Shown one piece after another: positions 54,768 through 64,000 of a DNA stretch of 64,000 nt (the stretch's first letter is position 1; each line of letters starts with the position of its first letter). The position numbers were made by a program, and so were the translations under genes. The notes below the pieces were generated by a model. It saw nothing but the letters and a program-made list of their open reading frames with translations, was not told the DNA's origin and ran no database searches. Source of the DNA: Gammaproteobacteria bacterium (GTDB taxonomy: Bacteria > Pseudomonadota > Gammaproteobacteria > Steroidobacterales > Rariloculaceae); contig JAQWRR010000018.1 in NCBI GenBank assembly GCA_029243585.1, forward strand, positions 2,059-66,058. The letters run 5' to 3'.

Positions 54768-56138
54768 TCAACCCACCTCAAACAAACGCTCTACCTCATC
54801 AATTTGACGACGATCTAATATAAATAAAATAACATGATCATCTGACTCTATCACCGTATCATGATGAGCCATCATCACATCATCACCACGGACAATAGCG
54901 CTGATAGTTGCTCCAAGAGGAAGTCTAATATCTTCTATAGCTTTTCCAATAACTCGGGACTCGCTGGCATTTCCATGGGCGATAGCTTCAATTGCTTCGG
55001 CGGCACGTTGCCTCAGCGAGTGAACTTTAACTACGTCTCCTCGTCGCACATGAGCAAGCAGCGTACCTAAAGTGATTTGTGGTGGAGAAATCGCAACATC
55101 TATGGTGCCGGCGGCCACTAATTCTGTATAGGCTGGTTTATTTATAACAGCCATGACCTTGTGAGCTCCAAGCCTTTTTGCAAGCATTGCTGAAAGTATA
55201 TTGGCCTCATCTGCATTAGTTACAGATACAAAAACATCTGCGCTGTCTATATTCTCTTCTAATAAAAAAGTCTCATCAGTTGCATCACCCTTAAGCACCA
55301 TAGTTTTATTTATTTTTTCAGATTCTGAAACGACTTTAGCACGCTCCGATCGACGCTCTATTAACTTTACATCATTTGAATCTTCTAAAGCCTGTGCAAG
55401 CCGAACACCAACGTTACCGCCACCTGCAATCACCACGCTTCTAATAGGCTCATCAAGCTTGCGCATCTCGCTAAGTACAGCTCGAATATCTTTTCGAGCC
55501 GCAATAAAAAAGACTTCGTCATCTTCTTCAACAATAGTATCACCTTCCGGGATAATGCCTTCACCACCCCGATAGATTGCGACAACACGACACTCTACAT
55601 TTGGGATATGCTGAGATAATTCTTTGAGTGGATGACCGATTAACGCTCCACCTTCGTGTGCGCGAACAGCAACTAGCCTAACCTTGCCTTCCGCAAATTC
55701 AAGAACCTGCAATGCGCCAGGAAAATGAATCAACTCTTCAATATGCTCAGTAACTAGTTCCTCTGGACTTATAATGAAATCAACTGAAAAAACCCCATTT
55801 TTAAAAAGTGCTTGATGGTTTGTATACTCGGTTGCACGAATCCGTGCTATCCGCCTAGGAGTATCAAAAAGGGTATGAGCAACTTGGCACGCAGTCATAT
55901 TAATTTCATCGCTATTTGTAAGCGCGATGATCATATCGGCATCTTTAGCACCAGCTCGCTCTAAAACCTCGGGGTGAGATGCATTACCTACTACTGTTCG
56001 AGCATCTAACCGTTCCTGAAGTTTTTTCAGCACTACCTCATCTTGATCAACAATAGTGACCTGATGAGCCTCCTCACCTGCTAAACTTTCGGCGGCAGTT
56101 TCACCAACCTGCCCAGCACCCAGAATTAAAATATTCAT
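54768..56138 (-). CDS. trkA: Potassium uptake protein TrkA
   Basis: Two RCK_N Rossmann motifs (ILGAGQVG, IAGGGNVG), each followed by an RCK_C domain. 456 aa. Confidence 0.95.
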   Translation of the reverse strand: MNILILGAGQVGETAAESLAGEEAHQVTIVDQDEVVLKKLQERLDARTVVGNASHPEVLERAGAKDADMIIALTNSDEINMTACQVAHTLFDTPRRIARIRATEYTNHQALFKNGVFSVDFIISPEELVTEHIEELIHFPGALQVLEFAEGKVRLVAVRAHEGGALIGHPLKELSQHIPNVECRVVAIYRGGEGIIPEGDTIVEEDDEVFFIAARKDIRAVLSEMRKLDEPIRSVVIAGGGNVGVRLAQALEDSNDVKLIERRSERAKVVSESEKINKTMVLKGDATDETFLLEENIDSADVFVSVTNADEANILSAMLAKRLGAHKVMAVINKPAYTELVAAGTIDVAISPPQITLGTLLAHVRRGDVVKVHSLRQRAAEAIEAIAHGNASESRVIGKAIEDIRLPLGATISAIVRGDDVMMAHHDTVIESDDHVILFILDRRQIDEVERLFEVG

Positions 56139-56169
56139 GATGGGATATAGTCTTAAATCGAGGCGTAGT

Positions 56170-58347
56170 TTACATCAGTTCGAGATTTGCATATGCAATA
56201 ACTAACCATTTTGTCCCTACTTGCTCAAAATTAACCTGAACACGAGTATTGGAACCACTCCCTTCAAAGTTTAGAACAATACCGTCTCCAAATTTTTTAT
56301 GCCTAACTCGTTGACCAAGATGTACGCCAGGGGGTTCCTCAATAAATTTTTTCTGTCTATATGCTGGCTTAGATTCTGTCTGCCTGTAAACTGGCCTAGA
56401 TACAGAAAGTGTAGGCCTCACTTCTTCTAAAAGTTCTTGTGGAATTTCTTTAATAAACCTTGAGGGAATACCAAAGTTATCCGTACCATGTAAACGTCTC
56501 TGTTCAGCATAGGTCATCACAACTTTTTCTCTGGCTCTGGTCAACCCTACGTAACATAAGCGACGCTCTTCTTCTAATCCACCCGCATCATTTATAGACC
56601 GTTGATGAGGAAACAACCCCTCCTCTAGACCAGACAGGAAAACCAATGGAAACTCCAAGCCTTTTGCTGAGTGTAAAGTCATCAATTGAACACTATCCTC
56701 GAAAGCTTCGGCCTGAACATCCCCTGACTCTAATACCGCATAGGAAAGAAATTCTACGAGTGGTGGTAAATCTGAATTGTCATCACTGATAAATCCACGA
56801 GCCGCACTAACCAGTTCCTCTAGATTCTCTACCTTAGTTTCACCACGAACATTACCATCCCGACCATGATGTTTTATTAGGCCGCTTTCCCCAGTAACAC
56901 GAGTAACCTGCTCATGCAGAACCAGGTTACGAGTATCCTGATCCAATCTTTCCACCAACTCAAGAAACACGGAGAGCGCTAAACTGGAGCGCTTGGCAAT
57001 TTCTCCAGCTTTAATGAGTGCATCAGCTGCATACCAAAGGCTTAGGCCTGTGCGCGCTGCCTCACCACGTACAGCCTCCATAGTGCGTGCTCCAATTCCA
57101 CGCGGTGGCATATTAACTGCGCGTTCAAATGAAGGATCATCATTTCTATTAGCAATAAGCCGCATATAGGCTAATGCATCCTTGATCTCTGCACGCTCAA
57201 AAAACCTTAGTCCACCGTATACTCGATAAGGTATTCCAGCGGCAAGAAGTGACTCCTCAAATACTCTTGACTGAGCATTGGACCGATAAAGTATCGCAAT
57301 ATCACTTCTTGAGTTTCCTTGTCCGATGTAATCGGTAATTCGATTAATTACAAACTCAGCTTCATCTCTCTCATTAAAAGCAGAGTAGAGAGTTAATAGC
57401 TCTCCAGCTTCTCCGTCCGTCCATAGTTTTTTACCTAGACGAGAACTATTATTAGTAATGACCGCATTAGCCGCATTCAATATATTTGCTGTAGATCGGT
57501 AATTCTGTTCTAGCCTGATTACCTTAGATCCCTGAAAATCTTTCTCAAAAAAATGTAGATTCTCAACACGCGCTCCTCTCCACCGGTAAATTGATTGATC
57601 ATCATCACCAACGAAAAAAGGTGTTGCTTGTGTTCCTGCTAGAAGTTTTAACCATTGGTACTGAATTGTGTTGGTATCTTGAAACTCATCTACAAGTAGA
57701 TGTTCAAATCGGGATCTATATTTATTAAGTATGTCAGCCCTTTCTCTTAGCAACTCCAAAACACGTAAAAGTAGTTCACCAAAATCTACAACCGAGGACT
57801 CAGCACATGCTTTTTCATAGCGCGCATAGATTTCTATCATCTGCTTGCGAGCAGAATTACCTTCATCATCAATACTGCCAGGCCGTAGACCCGCATCCTT
57901 TTGTGCGTTTATGAACCACTGCACTTCTCGAGGGTTATAGTTATCTTCATCAATGCCTAGTTTTTTAAACAATCGGCGAATCATGCGGAGCTGATCCTCC
58001 GAATCCATAATCTGAAACGCCTCTGTTAATCCACTTTCCTGCCAGTGCATTCTTAGTAATCGGTGTGCCAAGCCATGAAAAGTACCTATCCAAAATTGCT
58101 TGGTTGGAACCCCTAGAAGCATCTCAATCCTTTGGTGCATCTCCATGGCTGCTTTATTTGTGAATGTGACGGCACAGAGCTTTTGTGGTGATAAGCCCTC
58201 AACACTAATCAGCCAGGCTATTCGATGAACTAGAACTCGGGTTTTACCGCTACCAGCCCCAGCTAATACCAGTGTCGGCTGCCCAGGTGTAGTCACTGCC
58301 TCCCTCTGCGCATCGTTGAGTGGGTCGATAATCGCGGTAACGTCCAT
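56170..58347 (-). CDS. uvrD: DNA helicase II
   Basis: N-terminus nearly collinear with remembered E. coli UvrD (LNDAQREAV...VLAGAGSGKTRVLVHRIAWL...AVTFTNKAA). SF1 motifs DEFQDT and LEQNYRS. 725 aa. Confidence 0.93.
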   Translation of the reverse strand: MDVTAIIDPLNDAQREAVTTPGQPTLVLAGAGSGKTRVLVHRIAWLISVEGLSPQKLCAVTFTNKAAMEMHQRIEMLLGVPTKQFWIGTFHGLAHRLLRMHWQESGLTEAFQIMDSEDQLRMIRRLFKKLGIDEDNYNPREVQWFINAQKDAGLRPGSIDDEGNSARKQMIEIYARYEKACAESSVVDFGELLLRVLELLRERADILNKYRSRFEHLLVDEFQDTNTIQYQWLKLLAGTQATPFFVGDDDQSIYRWRGARVENLHFFEKDFQGSKVIRLEQNYRSTANILNAANAVITNNSSRLGKKLWTDGEAGELLTLYSAFNERDEAEFVINRITDYIGQGNSRSDIAILYRSNAQSRVFEESLLAAGIPYRVYGGLRFFERAEIKDALAYMRLIANRNDDPSFERAVNMPPRGIGARTMEAVRGEAARTGLSLWYAADALIKAGEIAKRSSLALSVFLELVERLDQDTRNLVLHEQVTRVTGESGLIKHHGRDGNVRGETKVENLEELVSAARGFISDDNSDLPPLVEFLSYAVLESGDVQAEAFEDSVQLMTLHSAKGLEFPLVFLSGLEEGLFPHQRSINDAGGLEEERRLCYVGLTRAREKVVMTYAEQRRLHGTDNFGIPSRFIKEIPQELLEEVRPTLSVSRPVYRQTESKPAYRQKKFIEEPPGVHLGQRVRHKKFGDGIVLNFEGSGSNTRVQVNFEQVGTKWLVIAYANLELM

Positions 58348-58374
58348 GGTAAAAAACAGTCTTAGATTTGAGAG

Positions 58375-59289
58375 CTACTCAGGCCAGATGAAGGGCATAT
58401 AATGATCTGCCAACAGGAAACAAAATAATGCCATCAAATAACTGATTGAATAACCAAATGTTTTCATGGCCATATCTTCGTCACGACCCCACTTTAACCG
58501 GATCGCATAATAGAGAAATCCAGCGCCCAGTAGTACCGCAGCAAACAAATACAAAACGCCAGTCATTCCAGTTATATAAGGCAGCACAGAAATAATAATT
58601 AATAGAATTGAGTAATACACAATGAAGGATTTTGTGACCTCTGGTCCGTGAGTGACGGGCAACATCGGCACACCTGCTTTTGCATAATCGTCCCTGCGCG
58701 CTACTGCTAAGGCCCAAAAATGAGGTGGAGTCCATGTAAAAATTATTAAGAACAATAACAACGCATATCCACTAACTTCGTTAGTTACCGCTGTCCAACC
58801 AAGCACCGGAGGAGAAGCACCAGCCGCACCACCTATGACTATATTTTGTGGTGTTGCTCTTTTTAGATAGACCGTATAAACCACTGCATACCCAATAAGA
58901 GAAAGAAAGGTTAGCGCCGCGGTAAGAACATTAATAAAAAAAATAAGTATCGCTATGCCAACAAAACCAAGTGCTACAGCAAAAATCAAGGCATCTCTAT
59001 CATTGATTAGTCCCTTGGGCATAGGTCTATCACGAGTCCGTTGCATTTCTGCATCTAAACGTTGATCAAGAATATGGTTTACAGCAGCGCCAGACGCAGC
59101 AGAAAGCCCAATACCCAGGCTAGCAAACAGTAATATTTTCCAATCCACTGATCCGGGCGTAGAAAGAAACATCCCAACGATGGCAGTAAAAACCAGAAGT
59201 TGTACTACGCCAGGCTTAGTTAGAACGTAATAATCACGCCAACTAGCTGTTACTGGCGAGTCAGCTGTTTCTAATTCTTTGGTTAGCAT
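58375..59289 (-). CDS. ctaB: Protohaem IX farnesyltransferase (haem O synthase)
   Basis: UbiA-superfamily motifs (NHILDQRLDAEMQRTRDRP). About 300 aa with 8-9 TM segments, directly downstream of ctaA. Confidence 0.9.
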   Translation of the reverse strand: MLTKELETADSPVTASWRDYYVLTKPGVVQLLVFTAIVGMFLSTPGSVDWKILLFASLGIGLSAASGAAVNHILDQRLDAEMQRTRDRPMPKGLINDRDALIFAVALGFVGIAILIFFINVLTAALTFLSLIGYAVVYTVYLKRATPQNIVIGGAAGASPPVLGWTAVTNEVSGYALLLFLIIFTWTPPHFWALAVARRDDYAKAGVPMLPVTHGPEVTKSFIVYYSILLIIISVLPYITGMTGVLYLFAAVLLGAGFLYYAIRLKWGRDEDMAMKTFGYSISYLMALFCFLLADHYMPFIWPE

Positions 59290-60253
59290 TTAGAACCATT
59301 ATTAACAATAAAGCTCCCACACCATTGTGGGCAACTGCAACTGCAAGAGGAGCACCGTATAAAACTATACTTATTCCTAGGATCACCTGGGCCAAAAGAG
59401 TTGTTAGCAACCCAAAACTATCAAATTTAAGCCCTGGTCTCCTGAACATCAACCATCCTAAAACACTAAGTACAAAAAATGTCACAATCGCACCCAGTCG
59501 ATGTGTGAAATGGATAGCTACCCGAGCCGGATTGTCTAGCACTCCTCCTTCATAGTCTATGCCCACACCCCTCCACATAACGAATCCTTCATGAAAATCG
59601 GTTATTGATGGCCACCATTGAGTTTGGCAAGTGGGAAAATCAGGGCATGCCAAAGCAGCATAGTTAGCGCTCGTCCAACCACCCAAGGAAATTTGAAGGA
59701 GAAGTATCACCAAAGCTACTAGCCCTAGGTTTTTTAAAGACCGAGTCTGAGAAGACGCCCTTAAATCAGATGTTCGCCATCTTCCAAGCCAAAATAAGAG
59801 TCCCAGTGTAGTGAACCCACCCAGCAAATGGGCCATCACAACCACGGGTTTCAGGAGTAGCGTAACTGTCCACATACCCAAAATTCCCTGAAAAATAACT
59901 ACCCCTAGTAGAACAAAAGGTAGGCGTATAGGTTGTTTTGGATCATGACGATTGAGCCAAGCCATACCTGCTAACAAGACACACAAAAAACCAAGGCCGC
60001 TTGCAAGATAACGATGAATCATCTCACGCCATGCTTTACCAACTTCGAGAGGACGTCCTGGAAAACCAGAAAGTGCATCCGCACGCTCTAATGGACTATC
60101 GGGAACAAAAAATTGTCCATAGCAACCAGGCCAATCTGGACAACCAAGCCCCGCATCTGTCAAACGGACCCAAGCTCCTATGGTCACAACCAGGAAAGCA
60201 AGAAAAAGTCCGCCACGAGCTAGTTTTAAAAAATAAGCATTCAACCTAGACAA
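59261..60253 (-). CDS. ctaA: Haem A synthase (COX15/CtaA)
   Basis: Polytopic, with paired conserved His-containing helices (HRYLA, HLLGG, HFTHRLGA, VAHNG) and a CPDWPGC motif. Overlaps ctaB. Confidence 0.85.
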   Translation of the reverse strand: MSRLNAYFLKLARGGLFLAFLVVTIGAWVRLTDAGLGCPDWPGCYGQFFVPDSPLERADALSGFPGRPLEVGKAWREMIHRYLASGLGFLCVLLAGMAWLNRHDPKQPIRLPFVLLGVVIFQGILGMWTVTLLLKPVVVMAHLLGGFTTLGLLFWLGRWRTSDLRASSQTRSLKNLGLVALVILLLQISLGGWTSANYAALACPDFPTCQTQWWPSITDFHEGFVMWRGVGIDYEGGVLDNPARVAIHFTHRLGAIVTFFVLSVLGWLMFRRPGLKFDSFGLLTTLLAQVILGISIVLYGAPLAVAVAHNGVGALLLIMVLNANQRIRNS

Positions 60254-60833
60254 CCCGCCTAATGGCTATAAGTCTCTTAAGATCACGAAGGACCCCCTGT
60301 TGTTCGGCATCAGGTGGATAACCAAAAACAAGCTTTCCATTAGGATTAACTATATAAATACGGCCTTCCATCAGTAAATCCTCACCCAGAACTCTCCTCA
60401 ACGAAGCCGCTGTAGAACCTTTGATGCTCCCAATAATGAGGCCATCAGGGAACTTAGGTATGCTCAATGAGGCAATATCCTTCCCGCCATACAAATAAAC
60501 CAACTGTATATCTTCAAGTTCATTTGAAGCGGCAAGTTGTACACCTTCCAATACATTAAGACTATGCAAACAATTCTCACCACAATCAGAAATATGAGCG
60601 TAGATTAAAGACCAACGCCCACGTGCCCAATCAGACTCTAGAATACCGCCACTATTAAGCTCTAAACTGGACTCAGGCAATATAACCGTTGACTTATATC
60701 GTTCTCCATAAGGCGGTTGTATTTGAGGTAACCATCCAAGCTCCAATGGTCCAAAAATTGCTACGGCGACTAGCACAGGTGGCCCAAAAAATAGCACGGC
60801 TAAGATGCGTGATTCCCAGGATCGTTTTCTCAT
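60246..60833 (-). CDS. Membrane-anchored SCO1/SenC-like thioredoxin-fold protein (divergent)
   Basis: N-terminal TM segment. GRWSLIYAHISDCGENC resembles the SCO GKWxLVYFGFTHCPxxCP region with CxxxC retained. The later IYIVNPNGKL strand has no obvious copper-ligand His. Overlaps the ctaA start. Confidence 0.5.
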   Translation of the reverse strand: MRKRSWESRILAVLFFGPPVLVAVAIFGPLELGWLPQIQPPYGERYKSTVILPESSLELNSGGILESDWARGRWSLIYAHISDCGENCLHSLNVLEGVQLAASNELEDIQLVYLYGGKDIASLSIPKFPDGLIIGSIKGSTAASLRRVLGEDLLMEGRIYIVNPNGKLVFGYPPDAEQQGVLRDLKRLIAIRRVV

Positions 60834-61006
60834 GACTTACAGTACAGGTTCTCGATACCAGCTAAAAATCCATGGCTAATAGGCGCAGTGTCTTCATTCT
60901 TCAAATGGTTAACCGCAATGAATAAACTTATCGCCCTTATTACGAGCAATATGCAGCCATTAGGCATTAAGGCTACAGAATGGAAATTGTACCAGAATTG
61001 CTCCGG

Positions 61007-61924
61007 TTAACTCGTGTCATCTGCATCAACTGACTGACGCTCACTCGGTAGTGCTTCAGTAATATCTTCGATAGGTATGCTAACAACCTTAGCATTGGAT
61101 TTTGTTGAGTTAGCCAAGCCCCAAGCAAGTCCAAAAACTAGCTCAATACTGATAGAAAGTGATCCCTCTACTCTGCACGCCTCTAACTGACTACAAAAAC
61201 TCTCCCAACGACCAGGACTAGTAAACTGCATCCTTCTACCGAAAGCCATATTGGTCGCACCGGTAGCCCTTAAATCTTCGAAAAGCCGTTCACGAATTTG
61301 GTAAGTTAATTTGAACCGATCAGTATCCATTACAGGCTCAGTCAATCCTGATCGTACTGCTGTATCTCCAAGATCATGCATATCAAAAAAACCATGAACA
61401 TGTATATGTTCATCAATCCCCATCCAGGCATGGCGAATTTCTTGAAATGTATCTGGCCCTACAGTTGCAAATACCATTAAGCCACCATCGCACAATACCC
61501 TTGCAGCCTCTTGAAATAGCCCCTGGGGATCACACCAAGGCAGTATTAGGTTCGCAAATATCAAGTCCACCGTATCATCTAAAAGTGGCAGTTTTTCTGC
61601 ATCTCCTACTAGCGAAGTTACAGAATCTAGGCTGCTACAACGGTTTTTGGTAATGCTTGCCATAGGTGCTGCAAGATCAATAGCAAGAACTTTAGCATTA
61701 GGATATAACGCGTTTAGTTCTATAGTTCCCTTGCCAGTTGCCGACCCAAGGTCTAATACTCGGCGTGGCTTTAACTCAAAGAACGGTAATCGTTCAAGCA
61801 TGCTGCTTCGGGCCTCAGAATGGATAACATCTGCACTATCAAAGGTAGGGGCTGACCTAGCAAATCGTCCTAAAACTAGTCTCCTATCTGGCAAACCGAT
61901 AAGCCGTGATTGATCTTGAGTCAT
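61007..61924 (-). CDS. bioC: Malonyl-ACP O-methyltransferase-like SAM-dependent methyltransferase
   Basis: SAM motif I VLDLGSATG. Class I methyltransferase layout (ANLILPWC, DGGLMVFAT). Lies immediately downstream of bioB. Confidence 0.7.
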   Translation of the reverse strand: MTQDQSRLIGLPDRRLVLGRFARSAPTFDSADVIHSEARSSMLERLPFFELKPRRVLDLGSATGKGTIELNALYPNAKVLAIDLAAPMASITKNRCSSLDSVTSLVGDAEKLPLLDDTVDLIFANLILPWCDPQGLFQEAARVLCDGGLMVFATVGPDTFQEIRHAWMGIDEHIHVHGFFDMHDLGDTAVRSGLTEPVMDTDRFKLTYQIRERLFEDLRATGATNMAFGRRMQFTSPGRWESFCSQLEACRVEGSLSISIELVFGLAWGLANSTKSNAKVVSIPIEDITEALPSERQSVDADDTS

Positions 61925-61968
61925 AGATCAAAAAATTAAGCAGTAAAACTTGGAATGAAACTTGATGG

Positions 61969-62991
61969 TCAGCTCACATTTTTTGCGGGTTCAGGCTTGA
62001 GGCCTAGTTTAGAAAAAAGTGCCTGGTCTGCTTCGTGCTCTGGATTTTCAGTAGTTAGCAATATATCGCCATAAAAGATTGAATTGGCGCCTGCAGCAAA
62101 ACATAGCGCCTGTAATTCATCTGTAAACTCTCCACGTCCTGCCGAAAGACGCACATGTGAACGTGGCATAAGAATTCGTGCAACCCCAATGGTCCGAGCA
62201 AATTCTAGGCCATCAACACAACCCTTCTCAGCTAGCGGCGTTCCAGGAATGGGCACAAGTTGGTTAATAGGTACACTTTCTGGCTGGGGTACAAGTGTAG
62301 ATAGCGTATGAAGAAGAGAAACGCGATCAGAACGATTTTCTCCCATTCCAATAATGCCACCACAACATACTTTCATCCCTGCCGCCCTAACATGTTCTAG
62401 TGTATCGAGCCGATCTGAAAAGCTACGGGTAGTTATAATTTTTGGATAATAAGACTCTGATGTATCTAGGTTATGGTTATAAAAATCTAGCCCTGCACAA
62501 GCAAGCTGCTCAGCTTGCGTTTGAGTTAACAATCCTAGCGTTGCACAAGTTTCCATTCCCATGGCTTTAATTTCCGTAATCATCTGGGCAATTTTCTCTA
62601 CCTGCCTATCTTTCGGGCCTCGATAAGCAGCTCCCATACAAAAGCGTGTGGCTCCAGCAGCTTTGGCCTCCCTCGCAGCCAACCTCACTTCGTCAAGCGA
62701 CATAAGGTTTTCGGTTTCTACATTAGTGTCATACCGAATGCTTTGTGGGCAGTACGCACAATCCTCTGGGCATCCTCCTGTTTTAATAGATAACAATGTG
62801 GAAATTTGCACAGCATTAGCATCAAAATTTTTCCTATGCACCCATTGAGCTGCATACAGAAGGTCATTTAAAGGTAAATCAAATAATGCTTCAACGGCCG
62901 AAAGTTCCCAGTCTGTTTTAGCTTCTCCTGTAATCAGCAATTCACCAACTTCTAGTTGGCAAGTTTTATTGTTTGTGTTTTCAAAAAGCAT
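61969..62991 (-). CDS. bioB: Biotin synthase
   Basis: Radical-SAM cluster motif [19 protein letters not shown] and the C-terminal 2Fe-2S ligand region. Confidence 0.95.
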   Translation of the reverse strand: MLFENTNNKTCQLEVGELLITGEAKTDWELSAVEALFDLPLNDLLYAAQWVHRKNFDANAVQISTLLSIKTGGCPEDCAYCPQSIRYDTNVETENLMSLDEVRLAAREAKAAGATRFCMGAAYRGPKDRQVEKIAQMITEIKAMGMETCATLGLLTQTQAEQLACAGLDFYNHNLDTSESYYPKIITTRSFSDRLDTLEHVRAAGMKVCCGGIIGMGENRSDRVSLLHTLSTLVPQPESVPINQLVPIPGTPLAEKGCVDGLEFARTIGVARILMPRSHVRLSAGRGEFTDELQALCFAAGANSIFYGDILLTTENPEHEADQALFSKLGLKPEPAKNVS

Positions 62992-63019
62992 AAGGTTATA
63001 AGTTTAAACCGTCCATAAT

Positions 63020-63949
63020 TTAACTAACAAACAAGTAATCCAACACGATACCAGTTAAAACAAACAAACCGAGAGTAGCGTTATTTTTAAATGCATTAAA
63101 GCAGCGCAGAGAATCACGATTTCTAATAAGATACTGCTGATAAATAAACAATATCGCGGTAATACCAATACCACTCAGAAACCAACCTCCTAAATTTGCA
63201 CTTTGTCCCACAAGAATCATTCCCACAAGAAACATCAACTGTAAGACACCGATAAATATTCTATCTAAATTACCAAAAAAAATAGCGGATGACTTGACCC
63301 CGATTTTTAAATCTTCATTACGATCTGCCATCGCATACTCAGTATCATAAATCACTCCCCATATTATCGTGTTGATAAATAAGAGCCAGCCGACTCTAGG
63401 AACGAATTCCAACTGAGCAGCAAAAGCCATAGGTACACCCCAAGCGAAAGCCACACCAAGCACTAATTGAGGAAACGAGATAAAACGTTTGCTGAAAGGA
63501 TATAGGATTGTAATTAATGCTCCGGCAACAGCAAAGCCTTGAGTTAACCTGTTCATTGTAAGCACTAACGCAAAGCCTACTAACATCAACATTATGAAAA
63601 GCTTAATAGCGTCTCTAACGTTAATTTGTCCCGCCGCAAGAGGCCTGTCTTTAGTGCGCTCAACATGAGAATCTATATTGCGATCAGCATAATCATTAAT
63701 AATGCACCCGGCAGAACGTAGAATTACAGTACCTATTATAAAAACAACAAGCACATACTCATCAGGCCGGCCTTCACCGGCAATCAAAAGCGCCCATAAA
63801 GTAGGCCAGAGTAACAACCAAATCCCTACGGGTTGATGTAATCTCATGAGCCTTAAATAAGCTTTACGCTGTTTAAAGATAGCGCCTAACTGTTTTTTTG
63901 CTTGCTCCAAAAATCGGCTCATTAACTGTCTGCTATGAGTTAGCATCAT
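63020..63949 (-). CDS. ubiA: 4-hydroxybenzoate polyprenyltransferase
   Basis: UbiA prenyltransferase motifs NDYADRNIDSHVERTKDRP and a second Asp-rich block YDTEYAMADRNED. About 9 TM segments. Confidence 0.9.
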   Translation of the reverse strand: MMLTHSRQLMSRFLEQAKKQLGAIFKQRKAYLRLMRLHQPVGIWLLLWPTLWALLIAGEGRPDEYVLVVFIIGTVILRSAGCIINDYADRNIDSHVERTKDRPLAAGQINVRDAIKLFIMLMLVGFALVLTMNRLTQGFAVAGALITILYPFSKRFISFPQLVLGVAFAWGVPMAFAAQLEFVPRVGWLLFINTIIWGVIYDTEYAMADRNEDLKIGVKSSAIFFGNLDRIFIGVLQLMFLVGMILVGQSANLGGWFLSGIGITAILFIYQQYLIRNRDSLRCFNAFKNNATLGLFVLTGIVLDYLFVS

Positions 63950-64000
63950 AGCAATTCTTTTGTATGAGTCTTTAGGTAATCAACCAATTTAAACCTTCGC

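Noticed and set aside
58348-58374. LexA (SOS) box upstream of uvrD
   Set aside because: The only CTGT-containing stretch (CTGTTTTTTACCATGG) lacks the ACAG partner at N8 spacing, and the gap to ctaB is only 27 nt.
62992-63019. Possible BirA operator (bioO) upstream of bioB, centred on GGTTTAAAC
   Set aside because: Only one half-site-like element resembling GGTTTACA is visible. I could not find the partner TGTAAACC half-site at the expected spacing. The 28-nt gap after ubiA suggests read-through transcription.
1-64000. Search for mobile elements, genomic islands, defence systems, toxin-antitoxin pairs, and tRNA, rRNA, tmRNA, SRP or RNase P genes
   Set aside because: I found no integrase, transposase, recombinase or phage-like ORFs and no long inverted or direct terminal repeats. 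No intergenic region is long enough or carries the conserved motifs of these RNAs. The only compositionally deviant segments are the decarboxylase relic and the dtd/azurin spacer. This is a by-eye assessment. tRNAscan-SE, Infernal and ISfinder searches would be decisive.

Overview
This is a densely packed core-genome stretch of an AT-leaning gammaproteobacterium, probably marine. The polA/engB/dsbA neighbourhood, tatABC-dtd, yadGH and trkAH-uvrD are typical gammaproteobacterial synteny. I can support about 58 protein-coding genes. By eye there are no rRNA or tRNA genes, no CRISPR array, and no transposase, integrase, phage or recognisable defence or toxin-antitoxin genes, so most of the window is ordinary housekeeping.

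Main blocks:
- A secreted M16 peptidase followed by a GldA/GldF/GldG-like ABC system and a DUF4340-like gene.
- A decayed malonyl-CoA decarboxylase relic.
- An SLC13-type permease with four RCK_C domains.
- qor, a ferredoxin-reductase-like gene, gshA, mdh and fadE.
- An orphan ExeA/GspB-like pair, then yadGH.
- A tight arginine operon: argR-argG-X-argC-argD-argF'-argB-argH.
- polA, typA, engB and dsbA.
- OPT and POT peptide transporters, then tatABC and dtd.
- Azurin plus a coxMNOP-type haem-copper oxidase cluster.
- TRAP dctQM, trkAH and uvrD.
- ctaA/ctaB haem A synthesis, bioB-bioC and ubiA.

The best candidate for undescribed biology is the 357-aa P-loop protein X (26439-27512). It is translationally coupled between argG and argC, in an acyl-ornithine-type arginine operon that has no gene for glutamate N-acylation (argA/argJ) or deacylation (argE) in this window.

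Secondary observations:
- ArgF' appears to carry Ala at the acetyl/succinyl specificity position.
- A 45-bp dyad operator candidate sits upstream of argR.
- yadG appears to start at CTG.
- A small LptM-like lipoprotein carries an in-frame (EEQ)n 9-bp tandem repeat.
- A perfect 14-bp inverted repeat lies in the longest intergenic region, upstream of azurin and cox.
- TRAP membrane genes have no adjacent binding-protein gene.

All homology statements come from motif recognition and remembered family sequences. No database search was run.
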